This document shows, one piece after another, positions 24,340 to 43,660 of a stretch of 64,000 bases of DNA. The notes under the pieces were generated by a model, which saw nothing but the letters and a program-made list of their open reading frames with translations, was not told the DNA's origin and did not search any database. Each line of letters begins with the position of its first letter. Within the stretch, counting starts at the first letter, position 1. A program made the position numbers and the translations under genes. Source of the DNA: Podarcis cretensis (taxonomy: Eukaryota); contig OX638149.1 of NCBI GenBank assembly GCA_951804945.1, positions 111,848,001-111,912,000 of the forward strand. Reading direction: 5' to 3'.

Positions 24340-26551
24340 TGGAGAATAGTAGTGCAGTGCTAAATCATGAAGTTCAGGAGCTCATCATGACAGCCTCCGT
24401 AGTCAAGGAAGCAGCAGCGTCACATGAGGACAGGCAGTGGCATCCTCCTGCAGTTGTGATGCACCTGGTGAGGATGGATGGGCTGAGGTGGCAGTGAGGT
24501 TGGAGGAACTCTGGGTTGCTGTGATTGGCCCACAGGTAAATGCAGCCCTCCCCATACTAGCGCTACTGGGAGCATCGCTGCCACTGTTCCCCCCTCATGT
24601 GCTGCTGCTGCAAGAAAGTGCTACCGTTTAAACTGCCCACATGAAGTTGAAACCCCAGCAAAGAAAATAATATCCGTCCTCTGCTTGGTTATTTTTCTCA
24701 TTTGTATTTGCTCTCTGTGTTCCAATCTGTCACAAGCCTCATTAGTGTATCCCCATTCATGGACCAGAGCAAGGAAGGTAGTTAACTTGGTGCTGCGGTG
24801 GCAGATGATATCAGTGCTCCCACTCTCAGGAGGGGAAGGCCTCTGAAGCAGAGAAGTCATAACGTTCTCGTACGTCGGGCAGAAAAAAAGCATCTGCTGT
24901 CCAGGTAGTTTTATACAGTTGGTGTATGATTGATTAGCTGAATTCGCCTCAGATCAAGTGTTAAAATGTTCGCCACACCGCTTGGCAGCTTTGTGAAAGT
25001 GGCCAGCTTATAAATGGTCATTTACGCTCATCAAGTAGCAGATCTCAGCCATCCTGATAATTCTATGTAGTAGATAGCAGACATAAGCCGCCTTCTGTTC
25101 TCCATTCTGTGTACGTTGCCAGCATTTTAAAATTTCATCTTAAGAGGGAACGTGACTGGAGCTCACCCAGTTATGTGATAAGGAAACAGAACTCATATTC
25201 TGAGTCCTTGAATATTTCTAAAGGAACCCAGAGCAGGGTCCAGGAGAGTGTTCATAACAAAACACTCCCCAAACATTATTTTACAGCAAAAGCCCCTTAA
25301 CGTGCTATATAGCTTAATGCTTAATTAACCCGGATGCTGTGAGAAGTGTTTCTTCTAATCCACAAGACAGGAGGTTGCTTAGGCAACCAGTCTGACTTGA
25401 TATCTGGTATAGCAAAGAAGCCATCGCAGAGTGAGGACCGGTCATTTGAATCCAGTAGATAACAGGCAAGATTAGGTGTTAATGCTGCTTGGGAATTTTA
25501 AGAAATCTGTATGTGTTCAAGAGGCCAGGCATCTCTCGCATGTGCGCATGCACTGCTCCAAAAGTCGCTGTACCACATCAGTTACTTCAGCAAAGCAGCC
25601 ACTTGAATTGTCTGTAGGGCAAATTCACGCAGGTGAATGACTTCAGTGTGACCCCTCCTGTCCGTTCCTTTCTGGGAAAATGAATTGTGTGAATATCAGC
25701 TGAGGAGATACCCAGCGGTTTCCCAAAAGTGGCCCTGAGGCCCTGGATATTGCAGCAGAATTATACCCTTTTCCTGCACCAAGCATTCCTTCATTCAGTT
25801 TGGAGTACAACCAGAACAGGCAACCTGTAGGTTCAGATGTTCAAAACTTTTTTGGCACGTTTGAACCTACACATTAGAACACACACACCCCATTCTTTTT
25901 TTTTTGACACATTCACTTTTTTGACACATTTGAACTTGAGCTTCCTAGCTATTGAGAGCCAAATCTTCCTAAAAGTTGATGTTGTAACCTTTCTACCTGG
26001 CCGGGTGGAGCTGTTCGGTTGCAGTGCTCCACAGAGCAAGGCCTGCCCATTGATCTCAGTCAACTTACCTGTGCCTGACTCCGAGTAGGACCAGGCTGTT
26101 GGGGAGGAACAGCTGAATGGCTGAGGCTGTTACCTGCCTGCAACACACTTCTGGTTCTATCTTCGCAAGAAACTGGTCTGCAGTCATAATGGTAGGAGGA
26201 AGCAAAACACACTTCTCCACAATGGCCTGAGGGCCTGGGCTTCGTGTGGTGTGCCCCAAATCTCCTTCCACTTTTAAAAAACGTTTTTAAAACAAAGTTT
26301 ATATGGCAGCTGGGCGCACTGCAAAGTGCAGTGCTGGGAAGCCACCCACCACCTTAATTTCTCAGAGCCTCAATTAGCATATGCAAATTTTATGCAAATT
26401 TCTGTTACGGACCAGCCAGCCAAAATCTAATTCCTAGTATTGGTTGGGAAGAGCTGATGCCTGCCTTGTATGTCTGGCTGTGCCTTGAGACTGAATCCTG
26501 AACCTGATTGGTTGAGTAGCCTTATGGAAATCATGGTATTAACTGAATTAG

Positions 26552-30569
<4,018 letters not shown>

Positions 30570-32176
30570 TAAGTTGAATCTAATCACTATTCAATGTGTT
30601 AATGAATATATGATGCATGTGTATGTGTGTGTGTATATATATATATATATAGAGTCATCCAAGGGGCAGTTCTGTTGGCAAGAAACCAACAATGCTGGTT
30701 CTTGTTACACGGGTTCCCACATTATGCAAGCATGCATTTGTGCCCAAGATTGACCCCGACTTGTTCACATTTTACACTTTTAAGCTAAAACAGAACTCAA
30801 GGATAATGCCTGACTGGACCATTTTCTGTGCTCAAGAACTGATCTTTGCTTCCCTCTGCCTCTTGCTATTTCCCAATTCAAAAGGCAATTAAAATGCATG
30901 ATGGTGATAGAATCAGATTTGTAATATGGTACCCAGGGATGTAACAACAGTCATGTGACTTCTTTCAATTTGGACACAACCCAATGTGGGTGGGAAGGTA
31001 AACCCCACACTTGCTGTCTGATAACAATGGCATGTGACCAAAGGTTGCAGACAATCAGCTACAAATTCACTCTTCGAAATGTCAGATCAAGCAGAAACTA
31101 TGCCACTGAAATTGGCAAGTGAGGAAAAGCTCCAGGCTAGAGGGGAGATCAAAGCTGAACACTCTAGGAAGGAGGACGAGCCACCTGCCCTTCTTTGCAC
31201 ACTGGTTTCCTTTTTCTTTTCTTCTTTTCTATTAAAATAGAATGGGGGAAATTTATTGGTTACTTGAGGACACATTGTAAACAAATCAGAACATTAGCGG
31301 GATTGATATAAATGCATTCAGTAAGAGATAATCAAGGGGAGGAAAAGGGGAAATTTATAAATATATTTGAATTGGATGTGCAGTAACAAAAAGATAGGAA
31401 ATGCCCCCAAAGTCCAGCATTACCTGTTCTTCTGCTGAACCATCATGGCGACATCTACCCCCAACAAAACAGCAGAAAGTGATTTTATCCTTCTGGCAGT
31501 CCTCCTCTATTTCGGACCCCAAGTATAGAATCACAGCCTTGGAAAGGGTCCAGGGAGGACATCCAGCCCCACTGCAAATCATACAACAATATAATTCCCT
31601 GGCCTGTCCTAAGACGGTTGGAGCATATAAAGCCAATTCTGGGCCCGACTGAACTGGCTGCCAATTAGTTTCTGACCCAATACAAAGTCCTGTTTGTAAA
31701 AATATAATTTTATTTTTCATTTTCAACTTTTACAAACATTTTAGCCAGAAAAAACAAAGTCTTTACACATCTAATTTACCTTCCCCTCAACTTCCCTCTC
31801 TTCTGCACACCTAGTTTACTCTGTTTTTGCATCTTCTTAGTAGCTGAGGAAGAAGTGAAATTAACCAGTAAGAAGACATGTAAACAGTAGAAGCCAACCA
31901 GTCAGTCTTCTCCCTCCTTGCCTATGTGACTTTGATCTCTCCCAGCTTTCTGCTGCTAGTGGTGGTGGTGAGGGGAAGCGTTAGGAATCCTGACACTGTG
32001 AGCATTGCATATAAACCAGCTCTGCCTCATACCTGCTTTGTGCACCTGGGTTGTCATCCAGAGACAGAGTTCATAGCTTTCCCTTTGGAAAACAATTCTG
32101 ACATCTCCCCCTCCCCCCGCCACCCGATTTTATAATTGTCAGTTTTCTGTTGGGAATGTTTTGTTGAAATCATTAA

Positions 32177-32347
<171 letters not shown>

Positions 32348-32725
32348 TAAGTATTTTTTTGCAGTATTTAAAGGGGGGGGGGGGTTGTTAGTCACTGGTA
32401 ACCTCAAGTTGAGACAGGGAGAACCTTTAGAGAAAGAGATATACAGTATTGTTGATTTTTAGCATCCCAGAATGGAGACTGTGCTGCAGAACCATATTAG
32501 AATTTCTGCCGTTTGTATTGTAACTAACTCTGGCTTAGCCCTCTTAAAATAAGCTTGTTTCATATCTTGTCTTCTTTTCTGTTCACTGGAATGGAAGCTA
32601 CCTCTCAAGTTCCCAAATTAGTTTAAAATAAAGCAGTGTGATTTGTTCGTTGACATTTTAATTTAATCTGAGAAAAGGCCCCCCCAAGCAAGTAACATAA
32701 AGTCTGCCTCAATTCTGAATAACTG

Positions 32726-32854
32726 NNNNNNNNNNNNNNNNNNNNNNNNNNNNNNNNNNNNNNNNNNNNNNNNNNNNNNNNNNNNNNNNNNNNNNNNNNN
32801 NNNNNNNNNNNNNNNNNNNNNNNNNNNNNNNNNNNNNNNNNNNNNNNNNNNNNN
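32726..32854. other. 129-nt N gap at the expected position of mutually exclusive exon 5N
   Basis: Run of N ending 78 nt upstream of exon 5A. The gap is seen directly; its content is inferred. Confidence 0.75.
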
Positions 32855-32855
32855 G

Positions 32856-33032
<177 letters not shown>

Positions 33033-33991
33033 TAGGTTAAACACGGAGGCTGACCTTTCAAAGCTCCATTAAAGATGAAACCACACTTTTAAGCATAAGC
33101 CGTGTTGCTTGCTGCACTGTATAAGCAAAAAGAAAAAGAAAAAAAAGCAAGAATCAAAAACTTTTGTTTTCAGCGATTCTTTGCTTTTTAACTATGGCAG
33201 CTTGATTATTATTATTTTTTTCCAAATCAGCCTTTGCGTTTAACAAATTCTTGCATGAGACATTTGCAGTAAGTGGCTATATGATTTGCATCTTATGACA
33301 TCAAGCTTTCCGCTTTTAAATTAAGAGTCAAGATTAAGGCTTTCATACTGATGCAAATTTTACCATTTGTTGCAGGCACTCCCAACCGAAACTTGCTATC
33401 AGTTGTGTTTGGGTTTTTATTTATTTATTTTTAAAAATTATGCATAAATAGATGCAAAATGTGAAAGTTAGCATGGGCTTTTTTCTATGCATGGGAATTT
33501 TCTAAAAAGATGTCCTTCTCCAAACCATCACCGATTTTTATTCCATAAAACTGAACATGGGATAATTGAAATAACTAATTAAATAAAAACACCTTATTTG
33601 TGTTGTTCAACAGTTCAAAAACCGACTCCACAATAATGGTTTGGGCAAGAGACACAAGAAAAATAAAACAATATACTTTTCTACACAGGGCTGAGATACA
33701 GCATGGATCGCAAAATTGCGTTTTTGCTTAGGCAAAGTGTTTCTCTGATTATGTACCACTGATACCTCAATATATCTGTTTTATTTTCATACACAGTTTC
33801 AAATCAGCATAAACCTAACAGCTTTTCATTCATGTTCACAGGCAATCAGGCTTTTTTCATTAAACTGTCACAAATATAAAAACCATTTTGTTGTCATTCT
33901 GCATGAAACATTAACTAAGTCAAGCACATTCACGTGACATACAGTATATTGAGCGTGCGACATCGCAATGAATTTCCCTTTCTGTTTGCAG

Positions 33992-34264
33992 GCCTGAAGA
34001 CCATTGTGGGGGCCCTAATTCAGTCAGTGAAGAAGCTTTCGGATGTCATGATCCTGACTGTGTTTTGTCTGAGTGTATTTGCATTAATAGGGCTCCAGCT
34101 TTTCATGGGGAACTTGAGGCATAAATGCCTGATTTGGCCGCCAGACAATTCTACTTTTGAAATCAACATAACTTCCTATTTCGATAGCACAATGGGCGAT
34201 AATGGTACCTTTGTTAATAGAACTGTGACTACGTTTAACTGGGATGACTACGTCAGTGATGACA
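33992..34264 (+). CDS. SCN2A: Coding exon 6, DI S5 and extracellular loop
   Basis: [15 protein letters not shown]...WDDYVSDD; 273 nt; AG/GT boundaries. Confidence 0.95.
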
Positions 34265-34303
34265 GTAAGGCCTGGTGACACATTATTACTTTTTCATTGA
34301 TTT

Positions 34304-34345
<42 letters not shown>

Positions 34346-35350
34346 ATCTTAATGTTTTGCTGATCGCAGCTGGATTGTTGTCAATAGGCACTAAAATTAT
34401 GCAGCACAGCCTAGCCTATAGTGCTGAAACTGAGTCCTGGGTTTGCAGGCACTGATGATGAGCTGATTGGCGGAAAAAAAAACACACACCGATAAATAAA
34501 TTTTAGAACACACAAAGCATTTTTTAAAAAAGACTCCTTGCACACTGCTCCTCTCCCCCTTTCTTCCTGCCCAGGGCAGTCCTACCCTCCGACTGCCCCT
34601 CAGAGCCGCCATGTCACACGAGGCTGGACCTCAGTGGCAGCAGTCTCTTCTTCTCCTTGCCCTCTTCCCAGCAGCCACTGCCAGCTGCCCAATGGGAGGA
34701 GGCCAGCAGCAGCAGCAGCAGCCATGGAGAGGCAACACGATGCTCCCTCACCACCACCATTCAGGACAAGTGCTGGCTCATCCTCCTCTGTGAGCTCAGT
34801 GGCAGGGGAAACAGGGACGTTCTGGGATCAAATCAGAAACTGGGATGGCTTTCGTAATTCCAGGACTGGCCCTGGAAAATCGGGACACGTGGAGGGTGTG
34901 CTTTACCTATGCTAACAGAGAAAACTGCAAGGCTTTGTGCTGGCATTACTAAATGAAGATAAATCACTTAACTTTAAATGTCTAGTCATTTTAACGTCCT
35001 TGAGTTTGCCTATGTATTTACCCACACAGCTGAGTAGTGCGTTGTGGGTTGTACAAGCTTTACACACGAGAGGTATGAATCACCAATGCATCATCCCAAG
35101 GCCATTTCTGTCATGAGGTACACTGGTGCAGCCCAGCGCATTTCTTGTTTTCCTGTGACCTCTTATAATGGGGTTTCAAGCTGTATGACAGAAATGCATC
35201 GGTCTCACTGATTGGACACTGTACTTATTTTAGCACAAACTATTTTGCAGCTTTCATACCTTGCTTTCATCTTCTCTCCCCCTTTTCCTTTTGTATTATG
35301 TCTAGCAGATTGCAAGACTGCAGGCAGGAACATATCTATATCATCTATAT

Positions 35351-35487
35351 CAGGCATGGCCAAACTCGGCCCTCCAGCTGTTTTGGGAGTACAACTCCCA
35401 TTATCCCTAGCTAACAAGGACCAGTGGTCAGGGATGATGGGAATTGTAGTCCCAAAACATCTGGAGGGCCGAGTTTGGCCATGCCAG
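35351..35487. mobile_element. hAT MITE
   Basis: TIR c(a/t)ggcatggccaaactcggccctccag; TSD atctatat/atctgtat. Confidence 0.88.
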
Positions 35488-35718
35488 ATCTGTATATCTG
35501 TATATCTAGATCTGTACAGCACTTTGAAAAATTCAGGCCCTTTTAAAGCGCATAGTAATAACGATAGTAATAATAATTCACAGTATCTATAGGACTGCTG
35601 TGTTGGCACACCATGCACAGACATTACATGTAATCTGGTGCTCAGTATAGTGCAACTTAGATTCCGAACAGGTCACTGGAGTAAGCACCCCAGTTTATAA
35701 TTTACCTTACCTAGTAAT

Positions 35719-35757
35719 ATTTATTTATTTATTTATTTATTTATTTACAAACATACA

Positions 35758-35790
<33 letters not shown>

Positions 35791-35836
35791 TCCTTTCACT
35801 AACTGGGTCCCAAAACAGTTTTAAAAAATTAAAAAC

Positions 35837-35877
<41 letters not shown>
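35719..35877. repeat. Compound microsatellites (ATTT)n, (ACAT)n, (TA)n
   Basis: Direct reading; probably the tail of a minus-strand L2-like remnant at ~35930-36130. Confidence 0.85.
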
Positions 35878-35885
<8 letters not shown>

Positions 35886-36409
35886 AGTATGGATTTAACA
35901 TTAGAGATCAAAACATCAGAGATTAAACTATCAAAGCAGTGTTCATGATGCAAAGACCTCCTGGAATAAAACAGTTTTAACCAAACACCTGAAACTTAAC
36001 AGGGACAGTGATTGATTTCTGCTAGGAGAGAGACCCATAGAGTAGGGCTCACTACACTGAAGACATGATTCCTTGTTGATGTCTTTTGTGCTTTTGGTCT
36101 ATGGGGGACTACCAATACTGTTTCATAACTAAGCTGAGGGGCTTGTGCCACAATAATTCTATTGGATGATGTATATCGTGCCAAATATTCTTTTGGTGGG
36201 TGTACCCTCTGAGTGGAGATGTATTCATGGGATGCTTCTGTCAGAAGGGAAGCGGTGACTTTCACAGGCAGAACTGAGAGCTACATGGGGAAAGAAGGAA
36301 TTGGCAAAAATTACTTTATCTGCTTTCCACTAGTGGGAATTCCCACTGGAGCATCCCAGTTCTATCCATGAGCCTGTTCATAAATGCCTAGTTAGGATCC
36401 AAACCTTAA

Positions 36410-36547
<138 letters not shown>

Positions 36548-36837
36548 TGAGAGAATGGTCCATTACACTTTATTCAAGAGAGTGGGTTGCCTTTAATATC
36601 CACAGCATTTCAGATCGCTAGCATTTTGGGCTCAGAAGCCTACTGTCTGGATGTCAGCATCTACATTTATGGGGATATGAAAGAGAGGGCGATCTTTGAT
36701 ACGGAGAACATGTCTTTCCCTAACAACTCCCCCATCCACCCAATCTTTCAATGTTCTTTTTACACACTTTGAAAACACTCCTAAGATCAATGAGAGGCAT
36801 CTCCCTCACTTTCAGTACCTCTCTTAAGTGTTACACT

Positions 36838-37204
36838 AGGTAAAGGTAAAGGTACCCCTGCCCGTACGGGCCAGTCGTGTCCGACTCTGGGGTTGTGCGC
36901 CCATCTCACTTAAGAGGCCGGGGGCCAGCGCTGTCCGAAGACACTTCCGGGTCACGTGGCCAGCGTGACGAAGCTGCTCTGGCAAGCCAGCACCAGCGCA
37001 GCACACGAAAATGCCGTTTACCTTCCCGCTATAAAGCGGTACCTATTTATCTACTTGCACTTAAGAGTGCTTTCGAACTGCTAGGTGGGCAGGAGCTGGG
37101 ACCGAACGACGGGAGCTCACCCCGCCGCGGGGATTCGAACCGCCGACCATACGATCGGCAAGTCCTAGGCGCTGAGGTTTTACCCACAGCGCCACCCGCG
37201 TCCC
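36838..37204 (-). mobile_element. Sauria SINE
   Basis: 14-bp TSD taagtgttacacta. Confidence 0.92.
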
Positions 37205-37329
37205 GTAAGTGTTACACTAAAGCATGATAAATTCAAATGGTAACACTTTGTGGTGGTATGTTAAGGATTTGGGCAAGACAATGGCTAGTTTTCCCTAGGT
37301 AATGTTGAAAAGGCAATGACCCTGTAGAC

Positions 37330-37467
37330 CAGCCTTTCTCAACCTGTGGGTCCTCAGATGTTGTTGAACTACAACTTCCATCACTCCTAGCAAGCAAGGC
37401 CAGAGCTCATGGATGATGGGAGTTGTAGTCCAACAACATCTGGGGACCCACAGGTTGAGAACCGCTG
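37330..37467. mobile_element. hAT MITE
   Basis: TIR cagc..ttctcaacctgtgggtcc; perfect 8-bp TSD ctgtagac. Confidence 0.88.
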
Positions 37468-38044
37468 CTGTAGACCTAAGTAAAGAACCTGCAGTTCAAG
37501 GCAGTGGTGGACTTTGGACCCTGTGTGATGCTAAAATTCGGGGGGGGGGGGGGTTGCGTCTCACGCTCGGTTCAACATCATTGTTTTGGTGCCCCCTGCA
37601 GGGTGATGCCCAAGGCGGCTGCACCAGTCGTGCTACCCTAAAACCCCTCATTTCAAGGATCACATGGGACCCTTAGTTTAATTCCATGCGTCCCTCCTTA
37701 TCATTCAGCTCTCTGGACACTGTAGGTTCGCTCTTGCTCTCCAACTCTCCTCTCTGGGAATCTCTTTCTCTTTCACTTGAGGTGTGTGTGCAAGAGGCAG
37801 ACAAGAGATCATGAAGCCCCACCCACTATCAGATCTGGCTCTAACCACTATTGGCTGCAGCCCCAGTTGACCTTTCCCATAGGTCAATGGCCCCTCATAG
37901 GAAGAAGGCTTCTGATCTCTGCTGTAGACCTTTGCCTGAAGTTGGCTTTCTTGAATTGTTCCATAGAGTAAAATCACAGTTGAAAAGCATTTTCATTCTA
38001 CTGACAACTGGCAGACTATTTGCTCAAGAAAACACATTGATTGA

Positions 38045-38254
<210 letters not shown>

Positions 38255-38490
38255 TAGTAATACTACAGAGGTTGATTATATAAACAGGGGCAGCCAACAA
38301 GGCGCCCTCCAGATATGATTGCACTCAAATTCCAATCAGCAGTAGACAACATGGCCAATGATCAGGGATGATGGAAATTGTAGTCTCATAATATCTGGCA
38401 GGCACCACACTGAGTACCTCTTATTACTGTTACCATAGTAATAATAAGAGCAATGTATTACTATGAATACTTCAGTGTATTTCAAAGGTA

Positions 38491-38718
38491 GATGAAGAAG
38501 AAGAGGAGTTTGGATTTGATATCCCGCTTTATCACTACCTGAAGGAGTCTTAAAGCGGCTAACATTCTCCTTTCCTTTCCTCCCCCACGACAAACACTCT
38601 GTGAGGTGAGTGGGGCTGAGAGACTTCAGAGAAGTGTGACTAGCCCAAGGTCACCCAGCAGCTACATGTGGAGGAGCGGGGAAGTGAACCCGGTTCACCA
38701 GATTATGAGTCCACCACA
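38491..38718 (-). mobile_element. CORE-type SINE (Squam3/MIR-like)
   Basis: CORE-like segment ctgtgaggtgagtggggctgagag...cccaaggtcacccagc and an L2-like (CTT)n tail. Confidence 0.65.
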
Positions 38719-39556
38719 CTGGCTCATGGTCTGTGTTACCATGTCACAGATAGAACAATCAATCTCAGCAGCATAAAATTGCATGTTTCAAGTCAAGGGC
38801 ATAGTTTGCCATCTTGCCACAAATGGTACAGTCCATTGGGATTTGTTGCATTCATGCTCAGGAACAGGGAAGCTGTAATAGCACAACAGGAGGAATAATA
38901 ACTGGCGCAAGGTTAAGACCGTCCACAAAACCTAATGGTTTTCAAACCATACAAGTTGTTTCGATGTGCGGCCATGACTCCAGCTGACAGAACTGGCTAT
39001 TCCAGTGAGCAACAGGGGGAAAGGTGACTCGGGTGCTTTACAAAATGTCTCCGCTGAAGTGAGTCGCAGTGTTGCATAAAGAACATTTCAGTGTTAGTAC
39101 TTTGCCTCCCCCCACCCCCAACCAGCAATATGGCTGCTGCAAAGCAAATCGGCTGCGTACAGAATGGCTTATACAGAATGACTGTACAGGACCTTGAATT
39201 CCCATTCAGGCAGCTGGCATATGAAAAATATGCAGGGGGCCAGTTCTGTCGTCAGAAGTCGACTATGGCAGCTGTTCCTCTCCCTTTCAGATAGAGGAAG
39301 CACATCTTGTATTAAGCATGAATAAGAGGTGAGGTCTAACTGTACTAACTGGTGTGTATATCCACTTGTAAAAAAGGAATGCAGCGGTTGTTATTACAGC
39401 CTCTTATTTACAACATAGTTTGACATGTGAACTTGTACATATAGCTCATGTACATAAGACCAGCATGTACTAAGTTTCTCAACCATTTAACTTATACCCA
39501 TTTTGAACATGTTCCTTGTCACTACGGTATAATAAAGAGGCCATTACATTTTATAG

Positions 39557-39826
<270 letters not shown>

Positions 39827-41015
39827 TAACAATCATTTTTATTGACTATTCAGCACAGGAACAAAAAGCTTAGGTACATTTCCGATGGAAAATGTTTGGA
39901 CAGTTTAGCATAGCTTTAAGGTTCTAGCTAATCATAGAAAGCAGCCGCTGCTTTAAAGCTGTAATCTCCATTTCAACCAGCTTCTCAGAAGATATTTTGA
40001 GGAGAAAGCTACCTGTTATTTTTATCCATATTTGATTAAAAATAACTTTTGTTTTGTTTTTGGCTTATTCTCATACAGGATGGCATGTAAAATCTGTGAA
40101 GGTGCTTTTAGCTAGTTAACACCACCTGCATGTGAGCTTGAAGCATTTCAAGATGGCGGCCGGGTAGTAGGCATTTACACATACATTATGACAAGTAAAT
40201 TAGATTATGACAAGTAAACCTTTAGGGTAGGGGTCAGCAACCTTTTTAAGCCCATGGATCTCATTTCAGAAGTGGAGACACTATTGTAGGCATATCCACT
40301 TCACTCTGGAGAAAACCAGACGCACCCACACAAGCCTACCCAGGCAACGTTCCCTCTCCTCAAAGCACAAAACCACCCACACAAAACCAACCAGGCAACA
40401 TGCCCCACTCTCAAAACCAAACTCCATACAAACACCCCCAGGCAACACAGCACATCCACACACCTCACAAAATTGAAACAGGCAATAATGCCCGCTATCA
40501 CCCTCCCTATCTACCCTGATGCTTCTCTGCGCCCTGAAGCTTACCAGTTTGCCACTATTCCCCACTTCCCATTTTCTGAAAATCAACAAACAGGCAGCTT
40601 AGCTGAGTAAGCTTAAAAGCAAAGTACCAGCTCCAGCTGCCTACACTTTCTTTCCTATGTTAAGAATGTATCTGGGCCCACATGGACCCAGAAGCATCCC
40701 AGGGGAAAAAATATTGAAACGACTGTTGCTGGAAGCTACAGCTGCTTCCAAATGCTTTCTTTATTTTTTTTAAAAACAGCTTCAATTGCCTGCCCTCAAA
40801 CCAGAAAACTCAGTAAGGGCTGAGGGCATTGAGGGCACCAAATGAGGTTTTCATGGGAGCAGCAGGGTTCCCACATGCACCACACTGACAGCTCCAGCAT
40901 TAGGGCAAAGTTATCAGGATGAGTCAATGGTTCTAGGCCTTCCCTCGCTCAGTCACAAAATGATTGAACGATTCCTCCCCCAGGAAAACAAAAGGTGGCT
41001 AGGAAACATGAAGTG

Positions 41016-41726
41016 CAGTGGTGCCTCGCAAGACGAAATTAATTCGTTCCGCAAGTTTTTCATCTTGCGAAGCACGGTTTCCAATAGGAATGCATTGAAA
41101 ATCAATCAATGCATTCCTATGGAAACCGCCTTCAGACCAGGTCCGGGGACAGTCTGTCCCCCGACCTCTTCTGAAGGCTGGGGGGGGAGGGACAAGGGCT
41201 TTTCTCCCCACCGCCAGCCTTCAGAAGGCTGTTCTGAAGGCTGGCGGTGGGAAGAAAAGCCCTTCTCCCCACCTCCCGCCCCGCAAGCTCCGGGGACAGG
41301 AGGGCTTTGCTGCCGACCGCCAGCATTTTAAAAGCCCCTGGGACAGCGGAGGTCTTCTGAAGGCAGGCGGTGGGCGAAAGTCTTTGCTCCGGCCCGCCTG
41401 CCTTCAAAAGCCGTCCGGGATAGCGGAGAAACGTGCTGCGCTTCTCCGCTATCCCGGGAAGGCAGGCAGGGGGGAGCAAAGACTTTTGCCCCCCGCTGGC
41501 CTTCAGAAGAGGTCCAGGACCTCTTCTGAAGGCCGGCAGTGGGCGAAAGTCTTTGCTCCCGACGGCCAGCATTTAAAAGAGGTCCCCGGAGATTTCCCTA
41601 TGGGCTTGCTTCTTGCGAAGCAAGCCCATAGGGAAATTCGTCTTGCGGAACGACTCAAAAACGGAAAACTCTTTCGTCTTGCGAGTTTTTCGTTTTGCGA
41701 GGCGTTCGTCTTGCGAGGCACCACTG
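41016..41726. mobile_element. Tc1/mariner (Tigger-like) non-autonomous element
   Basis: Perfect 22-bp TIR cagtggtgcctcgcaagacgaa; GC-rich internal repeats. Confidence 0.88.
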
Positions 41727-42624
41727 TATGTTTTCTATACGGCAGTAAAGCTGGAATCTAATTTGGTTTCGTTTATTTTGTTTTACCCATGTTGCCCTTC
41801 TGTTAAAAAAGAAAAATAATAAGAAGAAAAGAATAGATTGTGAAGCCTAGGCTAAGAAACAAGAATAGTCGTGGCAATTTCTTTTTCCTGCTGCAAAGGA
41901 CTTGTGTCTCCCACATGTTTTGGGGCCAGGTTCAATACTCTTTTATACTCTTATTCCGTGGAGAGTTATGTTCACAAGAGGAAGGAAGGTGCACACCGTT
42001 GCTCTGGAGTGTATTTTTCTTCTCTTGTAGGGCAAGACAGTCATGCTGAGAATTAGGCACCACACGTCCTCTTCTGAGCAGCTTTCAAGGAATGAGGCGT
42101 TTGCAGTGATTCTAGCCTGCTGGGTTTAAGTACTGGTGCCTGGGACAGTGACTAAGGCCTCTTCATCCCTTACCCATAAGGAAAGATTCCTCAAGTGAAA
42201 TTCAGCCATGTTAGGGTGTACCTGGTGAGGGCAAGCTCCGCCATGTGGCAGGGTGGCATAGCCTGTTTCAGGTGGCGCCATGAGTGGGGGGGGATAGATG
42301 AAGTCAGGAACTGGTGTCTAAATGTTGCACAATACTTTTTAAAGTGTTGGCCAGAGCCTGGGAGAAGGGGTGCCTCACTTCAGGCAGAAACATGCCAGCA
42401 CCAAATTTTCTGAGGTAAATTTGGCGAGGTCCTGGAAGGCCTTTTGGAATTTGAAATTTGCTATATTGCCTTGTTGAGATGCTTCTTCTTATGTAGTACA
42501 TGGGATTAGTGTGAGGAACATCAAACTCATCTGCTTTTTTAAAAATAGAAACCCTGGGAATACAGTAGTATTAACGGATTAGTATTGTGTGCCTTAAATG
42601 TGTTTAACTTTGGTTACTCAACAG

Positions 42625-42918
42625 GCAGCTGCTTTAGCCGCCGCCACAGGTGAATCTAGAGAGTTCAGTGAAGTTGGTGGTGTCGGCGGGTTCTCGGAGA
42701 GCTCTTCAGTGACGTCAAAGCTGAGTTCAAAGAGTGCTAAAGAGAGAAGGAACAGGCGGAAAAAGAGGAAGCAGAGAGAACAATCCGAAGGAGACGAAAA
42801 AGATGAGGATGAATTTCACAAATCTGAATCAGAGGACAGCATCCGAAGGAAGGGCTTCCGATTCTCTATTGAAGGGAACCGACTGACTTATGAGAAAAGA
42901 TTCTCTTCCCCACACCAG
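42625..42918 (+). CDS. SCN2A: Coding exon 10, loop 1 ([11 protein letters not shown]...KRFSSPHQ)
   Basis: 294 nt; aacag| and |gtaggg. Confidence 0.93.
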
Positions 42919-43134
42919 GTAGGGAGAAAGTATCCTGGCCTGTGTGTACCAACTAATATCGGGCCAGGTGGAAATTGCTCAGCCTTCCTCATGTATGTAT
43001 ATTAAGGGGGGTTTTGACCCCAAAGGTCCAATGATTCTTTCCAGTCTTTGGTGGCATGGAATTATGGATCTGCTGGACATGTTTTTGAGCTATTTTTAAG
43101 GAAAATCAGCAAAAATGACACTGCCAATATGGTG

Positions 43135-43660
43135 TTGTTGTTTTTTAACTTTATTTGCATTAGCTAACGGCCATAGCAACATAAAACAAGCAATATATAC
43201 AATTAAAAGGACAACAATGGGTAAAAAGGACAATCAGATGACCAAGATTATCGTTCAGATAGTGGCCCTTAATCTCATTACACCCTCGATAAACCGGGCA
43301 ACCTTTGCTGTTGTCTGATCATTTTTGATCTGATAAAAGAAAGAACAATGTGGCCGCAGATGGGCGGCCTGGGATGGTAAGTAAGAGTGGGGTGATGATC
43401 TCATTCCTCAGGTCTTTATAAAGAGGACAGGACAGGAGAACATGACCCACTGTTTCCAAATTGCCATCTCCACATGGGCAGAGTCGTTTCTCAGTTGGAA
43501 TCTTTTGGTATCTGCCCTCAAGTACAGCAGAGGGCATCACAGCCAATCTGGCCAGTGTGAAGGCACATCTGTATTTTGGGATAGTTAATTTATACAAATA
43601 TGGTGTCAGGGAATCAAACTGAGAAGGGGGGCGGGGAGGCATACGAAGGACAGAGTTTCT
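43135..43660 (-). mobile_element. Non-LTR retrotransposon 3' fragment (RTE-X-like)
   Basis: ORF 43319-43642 carries RLCPC...ETVGHVLLSCPLY, a C-terminal zinc-knuckle motif. Confidence 0.65.
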
